A stretch of DNA of 64,000 bases, taken from the NCBI GenBank assembly GCA_030834275.1, contig JAURFP010000002.1, positions 1,036 through 65,035 on the forward strand, read 5' to 3'. The position numbers and the translations under genes were made by a program. The notes under the pieces were generated by a model. The model made no database searches and was not told the DNA's origin. It saw nothing but the letters and a program-made list of their open reading frames with translations. Shown here piece after piece: positions 19,150-28,502 of the stretch (position 1 is the stretch's first letter; each line of letters starts with the position of its first letter). The DNA is from Burkholderiales bacterium. Its GTDB lineage: Bacteria > Pseudomonadota > Gammaproteobacteria > Burkholderiales > Eutrophovitaceae.

Positions 19150-19827
19150 TTGACAGAAAAAACATCTAATCGAAAACATCGGATCGGAGTGCTAGGAGGC
19201 ACCTTCGATCCGATCCACTTTGCACATCTACGTTTAGCCGAGGAAGTCAAAGAACATTTTAGCCTCGACGAGATACGCCTAATTCCCTCAGCGAACCCTC
19301 CGCACCGCGGCACCCCCGCCGCAAACCCCGAGCATCGGTTTGCAATGACCAAACTTGCGGTCAGAAATCATCCCAGGTTAGTTGCCGATCGGCGAGAGCT
19401 AGATCGTTCGGGTAAAAGTTTTATGGTTGACACCTTGGCAGAACTTCGAGGTCAGTTTTCTGATGCATCAATACTTTTAATTCTAGGAACCGATGCATTC
19501 CTTGAACTTACCACCTGGCATCAATGGCGCGATTTGTTCACATTCGCCCATATCGTAGTTGCCTCTAGGCCTACGAATCCACTGTCCAAGTTAGCGAGTC
19601 AACTGCCAACAGAGCTTCTCGAAGAGTATCAAAACCGTAAAAGCGAAGACATTGATGCTCTAGACAAAAAAACATTTGGGCACATCTTTGGCTACAACTT
19701 CACTTCTTTAGAAGTGTCGGGTACCGCGTTACGCGAGCGGGTCGTGTCTGGGAAAAGCCTAAAATATCTTCTGCCGGATGATGTATTAGACTATATTGGC
19801 AAAAATAAGCTTTATAAAGGAGATTAG
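19150..19827 (+). CDS. nadD: Nicotinate-nucleotide adenylyltransferase
   Basis: The GVLGGTFDPIHFAH motif is the (H/T)xGH nucleotidyltransferase signature. TTG start 6 nt after the aceF stop. Confidence 0.85.
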   Translation: MTEKTSNRKHRIGVLGGTFDPIHFAHLRLAEEVKEHFSLDEIRLIPSANPPHRGTPAANPEHRFAMTKLAVRNHPRLVADRRELDRSGKSFMVDTLAELRGQFSDASILLILGTDAFLELTTWHQWRDLFTFAHIVVASRPTNPLSKLASQLPTELLEEYQNRKSEDIDALDKKTFGHIFGYNFTSLEVSGTALRERVVSGKSLKYLLPDDVLDYIGKNKLYKGD

Positions 19828-19829
19828 CT

Positions 19830-20198
19830 CTGACAGAACAACTCAGCCATATCACAGTCGACGCGCTCGAAGGAATAAAAGCGCAAGATATCGTTGTCAT
19901 CGACATCAATAAAGCAAACTCACTATTCGATCGGATTATCGTTGCAAGCGTCGACTCTACACGCCAAGCAAAAGCACTCGTAAACCACCTCAAAGAGGAA
20001 ATTTCTAAGATAGGGCAAAGCATCGTTGGAGTAGAAGGAGAGGACTCTGGCGAATGGGTGCTTATTGACCTTGGAGATATTGTGGTGCACGTGATGCAGC
20101 CCGCGATTCGTGAGTACTACAATATCGAAGACCTTTGGATGGAAAACACCGCCTCAAAATTCAGTCAACCGGATGCTGAGTTGGCAGTAAATTCCTAA
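19830..20198 (+). CDS. rsfS: Ribosomal silencing factor RsfS (iojap-like)
   Basis: Absent from the ORF track. My translation is LTEQLSHITVDALEGIKAQDIVVIDINKANSLFDRIIVASVDSTRQAKALVNHLKEEISKIGQSIVGVEGEDSGEWVLIDLGDIVVHVMQPAIREYYNIEDLWM..., which is colinear with E. coli RsfS. The in-frame stop at 19815-19817 leaves only CTG 19830 as a plausible start. AGGAG (19818-19822) lies 7 nt upstream. Confidence 0.85.
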   Translation: MTEQLSHITVDALEGIKAQDIVVIDINKANSLFDRIIVASVDSTRQAKALVNHLKEEISKIGQSIVGVEGEDSGEWVLIDLGDIVVHVMQPAIREYYNIEDLWMENTASKFSQPDAELAVNS

Positions 20199-20236
20199 CC
20201 TAAGGATTCAGCGAAACTCGCGGCGATAGATCAATT

Positions 20237-20710
20237 ATGAGAGTTCGCATTCTCGCCGTTGGACATAAGCCTGCGAGCTGGGTTACCCAAGCCTGCGAAG
20301 ATTATCTTAAAAGATTTTCTAAAGGCATTTCCGTAGAGATCGTCGACGTAAAGCCTGGAGTTCGCTCAAAACAAACTGCTAAAGATGAAGCGGCTCAAGC
20401 AATCGAGAAAGACCGTTTGCTCACCAACACACACAAAAACTCTATGTTAATTGCGCTCGATGAAAAAGGAAAATCTGTCACAACGAAAGAGCTAGCTGGG
20501 ATGTTGGATGACTGGATGAGCTCAGGAGACAACATTGATATTTGTATTGGCGGTGCAGATGGATTACATCCAGAAGTCAAACAACAAGCATCAAAAATTC
20601 TCTCGCTCTCGTCAATGACCCTGCCACACGCTTTCGTAAGACTCCTGATAGTTGAACAACTCTACCGCGCGCACTGCATCAACCTTAATCACCCGTACCA
20701 TCGCGAATAA
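20237..20710 (+). CDS. rlmH: 23S rRNA (pseudouridine1915-N3)-methyltransferase
   Basis: 157 aa, SPOUT family. ICIGGADGL and LSLSSMTLPH motifs. Conserved position after rsfS. Confidence 0.9.
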   Translation: MRVRILAVGHKPASWVTQACEDYLKRFSKGISVEIVDVKPGVRSKQTAKDEAAQAIEKDRLLTNTHKNSMLIALDEKGKSVTTKELAGMLDDWMSSGDNIDICIGGADGLHPEVKQQASKILSLSSMTLPHAFVRLLIVEQLYRAHCINLNHPYHRE

Positions 20711-20721
20711 ACTTACGACTT

Positions 20722-21333
20722 ATGCCTACGTTTTTTTACCTGGCATCCCAAAGTCCACGAAGACGACAAATTCTGGATGAGCTGGGCGCTCAGTATAAGA
20801 TGCTTAATCTCAAAGAGGGATCTGGTGACTCATCGGATTTTGATGAAACCCCTCTTCCAAATGAAATTGCTGTGGATTACGTCAGACGCGTCTCACTATT
20901 GAAAGCTCGTACGGGTTGGAGTCAAATGCTAAAACTGTCTCTCGATCCTAGTCCGGTACTCTCGGCGGACACCACCGTTGTTTTTGATGATTTAATTCTC
21001 GGTAAGCCCGAAAACCGCGACCACGCGATAGAGATGCTAGAGCGGCTACAAGGCTGCGCACATAAAGTGCATTCTTGCGTAACAGTAAAATATCAAGATC
21101 AAGAGGAACAAGCACTTTCAACGACCAAAGTTACATTGGCCTCACTGAGTAAATCGGATATCGTTAAGTATGTTGACTCCGGAGAGCCATTCGGGAAAGC
21201 TGGTAGCTACGGAATCCAGGGTCGGGCAGGACTTTTTGTCCAAAAGATCGAAGGTAGCTACACTGGGGTAGTGGGATTGCCCATATACGAAACTGCGGAA
21301 TTATTGAAAAGATTTGATTACGATCTACTATGA
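20722..21333 (+). CDS. maf: Maf-like nucleoside triphosphate pyrophosphatase
   Basis: LASQSPRRRQIL at the N-terminus and GKAGSYGIQG near the C-terminus are Maf signatures. Confidence 0.9.
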   Translation: MPTFFYLASQSPRRRQILDELGAQYKMLNLKEGSGDSSDFDETPLPNEIAVDYVRRVSLLKARTGWSQMLKLSLDPSPVLSADTTVVFDDLILGKPENRDHAIEMLERLQGCAHKVHSCVTVKYQDQEEQALSTTKVTLASLSKSDIVKYVDSGEPFGKAGSYGIQGRAGLFVQKIEGSYTGVVGLPIYETAELLKRFDYDLL

Positions 21334-22790
21334 ACAACGAAATATTGATCAATGTTACTCCGCAGGAAAAGCGCGTTGCCATCATACAACGTGGCATCGT
21401 TCAAGAACTTCTGATTGAACGCGAAGCAAATCGAGGGATTGTTGGAAATATTTATAAGGGGATTGTGAAACGAATCCTGCCTGGTATGCAATCCGCCTTC
21501 GTTGAAATCGGGCTTGATAAAGCTGCATTTTTACATGTTGCTGATGTCATTCAGCGCAATGACCCTGATGCGCAAACAACGCCCATTGAGAAAATTCTCC
21601 ATGAAGGACAAAAGGTTTTAGTACAGGTTATCAAAGACCCGATCGGAACCAAAGGTGCTCGGCTCTCGACCCAAATTAGTGTTGCGGGACGACTATTAGT
21701 ACATCTGCCATTTGAAAACCGTATTGGGATCTCTCAAAAAATAACGGAAGAAGACAATAGAGATAAGTTAAGAGAACGCCTGCAGGGAATAATCGGCAAT
21801 GAGGATGACCAGGGGTTCATTATTCGAACGCTCGCAGAATCTGCAACCGATGAAGAGTTGAAAGCGGATATTGATTACCTCAAACGCATTTGGAGAGACA
21901 TCCACGAAAAATCAACTCAAGTCGAAGCACCTGCCTTACTTTATCAGGATCTCGATCTGAGCCTACGTATCGTTCGAGATTATGTATCTGTGGAATCAGA
22001 AAAAATTCTCGTTGACTCGCGAGAGACCTTTCAGAAGATGAAAGAATTTTCAAAATTTTTTATTCCAGAGTATACGGACCGAGTTCAACTCTACGCAAGT
22101 GAGCGCCCCATGTTCGAACTCTATGGGGTAGAAGATGAAATTGAAAAAGCCTTAAGTCGCAAAGTATCACTGAAATCCGGTGGATATCTTGTTATTGATC
22201 AGACCGAAGCGCTCACCACGATCGATGTTAATACTGGTGGATTTGTGGGTGATAAGAATTTTGAAGAAACAATTTTTAAAAACAACCTTGAAGCCGCACA
22301 AGCAATCGCGCGTCAGCTGCGGTTGCGCAATTTAGGTGGAATTATTCTCATTGACTTCATCGATATGGAAAGTGACGGACATCGAGAATCCATACTGAAT
22401 GAACTCAATAGCGCGATTTCGCTCGATCGAACTCGCATCACAATTAACGGTTTTACCGATCTGGGTCTTGTTGAGATGACACGGAAACGAACACGCGAAT
22501 CTCTAGCGCACATCCTCTGCGAACCATGTCCAACATGCTCAGGCCGCGGAGAAATAAAGACCGTGCATACAATTTGTTATCAAATTCTCCGGGAGCTGGT
22601 TCGGGAATCTCGACAATACGCGCCTGATCACTTGCGCGTGATTGCGTCGAAAAATGTTATCGATTATTTCCTGGAAGAGGACTCACAAAGTATCGCGATG
22701 GTCGAGGAATTTCTTGGAAAACCTGTTTCGTTACAACCGGATTCCACTTATGCCCAAGAAAATTACGATATTGTTTTGGGGCGAAATTAA
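21330..22790 (+). CDS. rng: Ribonuclease G
   Basis: 486 aa. S1 domain (GNIYKGIVKRILPGMQSAFVEIG) and RNase E/G catalytic core (IDVNTGGFVG, IILIDFIDM). 4-nt overlap with maf. Confidence 0.9.
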   Translation: MNNEILINVTPQEKRVAIIQRGIVQELLIEREANRGIVGNIYKGIVKRILPGMQSAFVEIGLDKAAFLHVADVIQRNDPDAQTTPIEKILHEGQKVLVQVIKDPIGTKGARLSTQISVAGRLLVHLPFENRIGISQKITEEDNRDKLRERLQGIIGNEDDQGFIIRTLAESATDEELKADIDYLKRIWRDIHEKSTQVEAPALLYQDLDLSLRIVRDYVSVESEKILVDSRETFQKMKEFSKFFIPEYTDRVQLYASERPMFELYGVEDEIEKALSRKVSLKSGGYLVIDQTEALTTIDVNTGGFVGDKNFEETIFKNNLEAAQAIARQLRLRNLGGIILIDFIDMESDGHRESILNELNSAISLDRTRITINGFTDLGLVEMTRKRTRESLAHILCEPCPTCSGRGEIKTVHTICYQILRELVRESRQYAPDHLRVIASKNVIDYFLEEDSQSIAMVEEFLGKPVSLQPDSTYAQENYDIVLGRN

Positions 22791-22795
22791 AAAAC

Positions 22796-23374
22796 TTAAC
22801 CGCGCATTAATAACGCGACTAAGCGATACATTGACTCGATCGGCCACATAAGTAGTACTTGGCAAGCCACCAAAACAAAAAGTGCCGATAGATCGATTCC
22901 TCCAATCGGTGGAATTCTCTTTCTAAATACGTTCATGAATGGCGCTGTCATCCCATGCAACAGTGACATCACTGGGCTAAATGGGTTGATCCATGAAAGG
23001 ATCGCTAGCGCAAAGGTCGACACCAGCACGATATAGATCAACATCTTCAATACGTTAATCAGCGCTAAACACATAACGCCAATAAAAATGTTGCTGGTAA
23101 TCATCTCCAAATCGATCGTGCTCACACTCAACACTAGACCCACAAGAAGCACCTCAGAAATCCAACACAGCACGAGGCCAGAGAGATCATACCCATGAAA
23201 TCCAGGGATAAATTTTCGAGCAGGCAATACGAAAAAATTGGTTAGCGACTGTACAAAGTTATTAAGCGGATTACTTGCGGTCGCACGAGTTACTTGCAGG
23301 TAAAAACGTAACAAGAACGCTAAAGAATAAAGACTCAGTGCAGTTTTTAGGATAAACACTAACGCGTTGGTCAT
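22796..23374 (-). CDS. yggT: YggT family membrane protein
   Basis: 192-aa hydrophobic protein with a duplicated YggT-like repeat. Conserved position after proC. Confidence 0.75.
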   Translation of the reverse strand: MTNALVFILKTALSLYSLAFLLRFYLQVTRATASNPLNNFVQSLTNFFVLPARKFIPGFHGYDLSGLVLCWISEVLLVGLVLSVSTIDLEMITSNIFIGVMCLALINVLKMLIYIVLVSTFALAILSWINPFSPVMSLLHGMTAPFMNVFRKRIPPIGGIDLSALFVLVACQVLLMWPIESMYRLVALLMRG

Positions 23375-24198
23375 TTGAGCTTCTCCCCGAACTCTGCTCC
23401 TAACTCCCGCGCTCGCGCCTCAGAAGCTTTCACACCTTTGATAAACAACTCAGACAATTGGTCCGACGCAAAGGAAGCAAGCGCTGCTGCCGTAGTGCCT
23501 CCTTTGGATGTAACTTTTTCACGTAATACAGAGGGCGGATCGTCTGATCGCGCAGCAAGGCGCGAAGATCCCAAAAAGGTCTCAATCGCAAATGCACGAG
23601 ATGCTTCTGCGTCAAATCCAAACTCGAGAGCAGCTTTTTCCAAAGCCTCTATAAAATAAAATACGTACGCGGGCCCACTACCGGAAAGTGCTGTTACCGC
23701 ATCAATCTTTGATTCTTCATCGCACCACACGCACTTTCCTACTGCGGAAATAATCTCCTCAGCCATATCGCGATCACGACTATCAAGAGTTTGAGGCGCG
23801 AATAGCCCAGAGATCCCCGCTTTAATAAGCGCTGGTGTATTGGGCATAACACGGACGATCCGTTGATGACCTCCTAACCATTCGGCAATCGTACTGGTTT
23901 GGATACCCGCAACAATCGTTATGATCAATGACTTTGGCAGCAGTGCTGCGCAAGAATCTACAACGATTTTCAAATTCTGAGGTTTAACTGCAAATACCAC
24001 TACGTCAGGATTAAAACCGCTGTCCTCGTACGCTGCAGCAGTTCGTACCCCAATCGCATCAAGCTTTGAGCGCGCCTCTTCAGAAATATCAACACTTAAA
24101 ATATTATTTGCAGCAATTCCCTTGCTTAGCAATCCACTGATGAGCGCAGTGGCCATATTTCCGCCGCCGAGAAAAACGATTTTCATGGGGTTATCCAT
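23371..24198 (-). CDS. proC: Pyrroline-5-carboxylate reductase
   Basis: N-terminal Rossmann motif IVFLGGGNMATALISGL and C-terminal VTSKGGTT motif. Confidence 0.9.
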   Translation of the reverse strand: MDNPMKIVFLGGGNMATALISGLLSKGIAANNILSVDISEEARSKLDAIGVRTAAAYEDSGFNPDVVVFAVKPQNLKIVVDSCAALLPKSLIITIVAGIQTSTIAEWLGGHQRIVRVMPNTPALIKAGISGLFAPQTLDSRDRDMAEEIISAVGKCVWCDEESKIDAVTALSGSGPAYVFYFIEALEKAALEFGFDAEASRAFAIETFLGSSRLAARSDDPPSVLREKVTSKGGTTAAALASFASDQLSELFIKGVKASEARARELGAEFGEKLK

Positions 24199-24232
24199 TT
24201 ATTATTATTTGGTCTTCCTAGCATTCTACCGA

Positions 24233-24952
24233 TTAACGTCTGGCTCGTTCTCCAAAAATCCCACGACCAATCCGAACCATTGTGGAGCCTTCTGCAATTG
24301 CAATGTCCATATCATCGGACATTCCCATCGAGAGTGTATCTACGGGAATACCCGCAGCCTTCAAATCATCGTGCAGTGATCGCAGCTGTGCAAAACTCGA
24401 CTTAGTTTTTTCGGAGTCAGTCGTTGCCTCTGGGATCGTCATCAAACCTCTGAGTTTCAAGTTTGGAAGTTTGATAATTTGCTCTGCGAGCGCTTTAACT
24501 TCCCGCGGATTACAACCTTCCTTTGATAACTCTCCCGATACATTAACTTGCAAACAAACCTGTAGAGGCAGTCTATCCGAACCCCTCGCATCCGATAAGC
24601 GTTGTGCAATCTTTAATCGAGAAATCGAATGGACCCAATCGAAGTGTTCGGCAATAAGCAGGGTTTTATTGCTCTGGATAGGACCAATAAAGTGCCATTG
24701 AATATTTAAAGCCTTTAAGCTCTGAATCTTCTCAACCGCCTCTTGTACGTAGTTCTCCCCAAAAGCCTGCTGACCGACTTGATATGCCTGCTCAATCGCA
24801 GCGGGCGGAAATGTTTTACTCACTGCTATGAGCTGAGCAGATTCCTTATCCCTTCCGTGTATCGCTAAATTTTTTTCGAGACGGTTTTGGCATTCCATTA
24901 AACGCGAAGGTATCGATTCAAAGCCTTGCAGAGTGGAATTTGATATTTCCAT
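24233..24952 (-). CDS. yggS: YggS family pyridoxal-phosphate homeostasis protein
   Basis: LIAVSKTFP (PLP lysine), FGENYVQEA, WHFIGPIQSNK and LSMGMSDD motifs. Confidence 0.9.
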   Translation of the reverse strand: MEISNSTLQGFESIPSRLMECQNRLEKNLAIHGRDKESAQLIAVSKTFPPAAIEQAYQVGQQAFGENYVQEAVEKIQSLKALNIQWHFIGPIQSNKTLLIAEHFDWVHSISRLKIAQRLSDARGSDRLPLQVCLQVNVSGELSKEGCNPREVKALAEQIIKLPNLKLRGLMTIPEATTDSEKTKSSFAQLRSLHDDLKAAGIPVDTLSMGMSDDMDIAIAEGSTMVRIGRGIFGERARR

Positions 24953-24971
24953 GATGCTTTGTTGATGAGAT

Positions 24972-25385
24972 TTAGAAGGGTTTTAACACCACCAAGAAAA
25001 CAACGCCAACTAATATGAGAACCGGGAATTCATTGAACCACCGATACCAAACATGGGGACGCACATTCTTATCTTCTTTAAACTCTTTAACGATTCGCCC
25101 ACACCACAAGTGATACACCACCAAGACCGCAACAAGTGCTACCTTGAGGTGAATCCAGCCTCCAGAGAAACCGTATCCTTGCCATAACCAAATACCTGTG
25201 ATGAGAGTAATGAGCCCTCCTGGAGTCATAATTCCAAAGTAGAGTTTTCGTTCCATGACCTTGAAGCGCTCAAGACTAGGTGCATCGTTAGACATCGCGT
25301 GATACACAAATAAACGAGGCAAATAGAATAAGCCTGCAAACCAGGTCACCATGAAAATGATATGAAGCGCTTTTAGGGTAAGCAT
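24972..25385 (-). CDS. hemJ: Protoporphyrinogen IX oxidase HemJ
   Basis: 137 aa with 4 helices. The N-terminal KALHIIFMVTWFAGLFYLPRLFVYH is characteristic of HemJ. Confidence 0.8.
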   Translation of the reverse strand: MLTLKALHIIFMVTWFAGLFYLPRLFVYHAMSNDAPSLERFKVMERKLYFGIMTPGGLITLITGIWLWQGYGFSGGWIHLKVALVAVLVVYHLWCGRIVKEFKEDKNVRPHVWYRWFNEFPVLILVGVVFLVVLKPF

Positions 25386-25413
25386 TTAGTGTTTCGCTCC
25401 GCTTATTGTTCCA

Positions 25414-26031
25414 TTAGGTTAAATCGGCACACTGCTTTCGAACAACATTTTGTAATCGAATCAGATCTCCATGGAAAAAATGGCCAGCTCCAGGAAAAAC
25501 GATCACAGGCAAATGTTGTGGTCTCGCCCAATCGTAAACATTTGTTAGAAGGACTACGTCGTCCTGTTCGCCATGAACGACTAAAGTATTGTCTGGCACA
25601 TTCTCTACCACAAATTTTCCAACTGCAGGTGCGATCAAAACTAATTTATCAGGCGAGATGGTTTTAGCGGCTACAGATACCACATAGGTTCCGAATGAAA
25701 ATCCCGCAAGAATTAATTTCTGTAGCGCATAACGTTTAGAGATGTATTTATGTACCGCATAGAAGTCATCAAGCTCGCCTTTGCCCTCGTCGTAGACACC
25801 ATCGCTTTTTCCAACTCCTCGAAAATTAAACCGAACCGCAACGTATCCTAAGCTCAGAAATGATTTTGCTAAGGTTTGCACCACCTTATTATCGAGGGTT
25901 CCCCCATACAGTGGGTGCGGATGAGCAACAATTGCTAATCCAACCGGGTTTTCCAGAGGCTCAGAAACTACCAACTCAAGATTGCCAGAAGGCCCGTCAA
26001 TGCAGAAACGATCCTCTTTCGCGCTCTTCAA
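25414..26031 (-). CDS. Alpha/beta hydrolase (COG2945-like)
   Basis: 205 aa. HPHPLYGGT, nucleophile elbow GFSFG, C-terminal GAGHFFHG. 4-nt overlap with the upstream ferredoxin gene. Confidence 0.7.
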   Translation of the reverse strand: MKSAKEDRFCIDGPSGNLELVVSEPLENPVGLAIVAHPHPLYGGTLDNKVVQTLAKSFLSLGYVAVRFNFRGVGKSDGVYDEGKGELDDFYAVHKYISKRYALQKLILAGFSFGTYVVSVAAKTISPDKLVLIAPAVGKFVVENVPDNTLVVHGEQDDVVLLTNVYDWARPQHLPVIVFPGAGHFFHGDLIRLQNVVRKQCADLT

Positions 26032-26336
26032 AGCTTAAGCCTCTCAACCACCTGACCTTCGATGAGGTGCTTTTGGATAATTTCATCAACATCCGATTCA
26101 TCGACAAACGTATACCAAGTCTCCTCTGGGTAAACTACGAGGACTGGGCCCTCTTCGCAGCGATCCAGGCAGCCCGCCTGATTAATTCGCACCTTAGCTT
26201 TTCCAGATAAACCGAGCTTCTTAATTTTTGCCTTTGCGTAGTCTCTAACGGCCTGGGAGCCGTGGTCATTACAGGAAGACCTTCCATCATCCCGCTGATT
26301 ACAGCAGAAAAAAACATGGTGTTTATAGAAACTCAT
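26028..26336 (-). CDS. Thioredoxin-like [2Fe-2S] ferredoxin
   Basis: 102 aa. Cys pattern FFCCNQRDDGRSSC ... GCLDRCEEGPVLVVYP is typical of thioredoxin-like 2Fe-2S ferredoxins. Confidence 0.75.
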   Translation of the reverse strand: MSFYKHHVFFCCNQRDDGRSSCNDHGSQAVRDYAKAKIKKLGLSGKAKVRINQAGCLDRCEEGPVLVVYPEETWYTFVDESDVDEIIQKHLIEGQVVERLKL

Positions 26337-26470
26337 TATCCGTATCGATCCCGTATTTACTCGCCCAAATTATAACGGACTGGTAAGCGTCAGCTACTTT
26401 TTTATGGCATCCAAGCATAAGGTGGGCTGTAGTAACATAGATTTATGAAGTTACTTGGGTCAAAAAAGTC

Positions 26471-27418
26471 ATGATGGATTTTGACGTCTTCAATGGTGAT
26501 GCGGACGGCATTTGCGGGATCCTGCAATTACGGCTCCAAAATCCACGCAAATCGACTCTGATCACAGGCGTAAAACGTGATATTCAATTATTGGAGCAAG
26601 TTGATACCGCTCGAAATATCACGGTCGTGGATATAGCGATGAGTGCGAATACAATACCATTGCAACGACTACTCGAAGCTGGATCTCGAGTCGAGTGGTT
26701 TGATCATCATTTCGCCGGCAATATCCCAGAGCACAGCAACTTAACCCCCCATATTGATACAAGTCCCGAGGTGTGTAGCAGTGTAATTATCGATAAGGCG
26801 CTTGGGGGCACTTTCCGACACTGGGCGGTTGTCGCTGCTTTTGGAGATAACCTAATCGCTACTGCAAAAACTTTGGCTAAAAGTTTAGGACTAACGACCT
26901 CAACCCAGGACTCATACCAGGAGTTAGGGCAATGTATAAATTACAACGCTTATGGAAATACATTAAACGACCTTACTGTTAAACCAGTAGATCTACTTTC
27001 AGAACTAGAAGCTGCAAAGACCCCCTTACAGTTTCTACAAGAATTTGACACATTTCCTAAGATAAAACATCAAATGGAAGATGATCTCACGCGTGCCAAA
27101 TCTCTAACGATTGAGAACACGTCAAAGAGGGTTCGAACTGTTCTCCTTCCCGATGCTGCTTGGAGCAGAAGAGTTTTGGGCACGTATGCAAACACCTTAA
27201 GTCAGTCACATCCAGATCATGCTCACGTACTGCTGTCCAAGACTGCAGGAAGTTACGTAGCGAGTTTGCGCGCACCAATAAGTGAGCCTTTTGGAGCTCA
27301 CGAAGTCGCTCGGCTTTTTACGACTGGCGGCGGCAGAGAAGCTTCAGCGGGGGTGAACGCTTTGGCTGAGGACGACATTAGCAAGCTTTTATTAGAGATG
27401 GAGAAACACTATGGCTAA
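26471..27418 (+). CDS. DHH/DHHA1-family phosphoesterase
   Basis: Motifs FNGDADGI, FDHHF (DHH) and C-terminal GGGREASAG (DHHA1 GGGH-like). Confidence 0.65.
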   Translation: MMDFDVFNGDADGICGILQLRLQNPRKSTLITGVKRDIQLLEQVDTARNITVVDIAMSANTIPLQRLLEAGSRVEWFDHHFAGNIPEHSNLTPHIDTSPEVCSSVIIDKALGGTFRHWAVVAAFGDNLIATAKTLAKSLGLTTSTQDSYQELGQCINYNAYGNTLNDLTVKPVDLLSELEAAKTPLQFLQEFDTFPKIKHQMEDDLTRAKSLTIENTSKRVRTVLLPDAAWSRRVLGTYANTLSQSHPDHAHVLLSKTAGSYVASLRAPISEPFGAHEVARLFTTGGGREASAGVNALAEDDISKLLLEMEKHYG

Positions 27419-27452
27419 AAATATCTTGGCATCTAAGTGCCCAAGTAAAGCT

Positions 27453-28502
27453 TTATCTCACTTGTTCAAAATACCGAGATCTAAAATACAGCGCTAGAGA
27501 TACCAAGGCAATCATTATAGGCACCTCGACAAGCGGTCCAATCACGGCGGTAAACGCTGCACCAGAATTAATTCCAAACGCCCCAATTGCAACGGCAATT
27601 GCGAGTTCAAAATTATTACTCGCAGCGGTAAAAGAGAGCGTGCAGCAACGTCGATAGTCAATAGCTGCTTTTTTAGTCAGTAGGAAAGTGACTAAGAACA
27701 TTCCTGCAAAAAATATTATCAAGGGTGTTGCGATTGTCATAACGTCCATTGGGATAGATACAATTAATCCGCCCTTCAGACTAAACATCACTACGATCGT
27801 AAATAGTAAAGCTATGAGTGTGAGCTTCCCAATGCGCGGAACAACGTTTTCCTCATACCAATCTGGACTTACAAATCTCAGAAAAATAAAACGCGTCCCC
27901 ATCCCTGCGATGAATGGAACACCAAGATAGACAAATACCGTTTTTGAGATCTCTTGAATACTGATCGACAGCTGCGTAGCTTCTATCCCAAAATATGGCG
28001 GCATTACCGTCAGGAAAAAGTACGCCCAGACACTAAAAAATAGAACTTGAAAGAACGCATTAAACGCAACAAGCGCTGCCGCGTATTCGGTCGACCCTCC
28101 CGCCAGGTCGTTCCAAACAATCACCATTGCAATACACGGCGCAATTCCAATCAAGATCAAACCAATAAAATACTCGGGCTGATCTGGGACAAACATAACG
28201 GCCAGCAAAAACATTAAAGTCGGCGCTACAATCCAATTTAGCAAAAATGCTATCCCAAATATCTTTCGGTCTCGGATCACTTTCGGTAATTCCTCATACC
28301 GTACCTTCGCAAATGGGGGATACATCATAAGAATTAATCCAATTGCAATTGGAATGTTGGTAGTTCCCACCTGAAACGAATCGATAAACAATTCAATTTG
28401 AGGAAAAACATATCCCAGTGCTATACCGAGGATCATTGCCAAAAAAATCCAAACGGTTAAATAACGATCCAGGAATGAAAGGTTTGCGCTGACTTCTTTC
28501 AT
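27453..28502 (-). CDS. acr3: ACR3-family arsenite efflux transporter
   Basis: N-terminal [23 protein letters not shown] is typical of ACR3. The track ORF extends to 28571, but that extension overlaps arsC. ATG at 28500-28502 forms an ATGA overlap with the arsC stop. Confidence 0.85.
   Translation of the reverse strand: MKEVSANLSFLDRYLTVWIFLAMILGIALGYVFPQIELFIDSFQVGTTNIPIAIGLILMMYPPFAKVRYEELPKVIRDRKIFGIAFLLNWIVAPTLMFLLAVMFVPDQPEYFIGLILIGIAPCIAMVIVWNDLAGGSTEYAAALVAFNAFFQVLFFSVWAYFFLTVMPPYFGIEATQLSISIQEISKTVFVYLGVPFIAGMGTRFIFLRFVSPDWYEENVVPRIGKLTLIALLFTIVVMFSLKGGLIVSIPMDVMTIATPLIIFFAGMFLVTFLLTKKAAIDYRRCCTLSFTAASNNFELAIAVAIGAFGINSGAAFTAVIGPLVEVPIMIALVSLALYFRSRYFEQVR

Noticed and set aside
27425-27445. 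TGGCAT-N5-TGC, a sigma54-like motif and imperfect hairpin, between the convergent DHH and acr3 genes
   Set aside because: The GG-to-GC spacing is 10 rather than 11 nt, and the site lies between two 3' ends where a promoter makes no sense. At best it is a weak bulged bidirectional terminator hairpin (CTTGGC / GCCCAAG) with no clear T-run.
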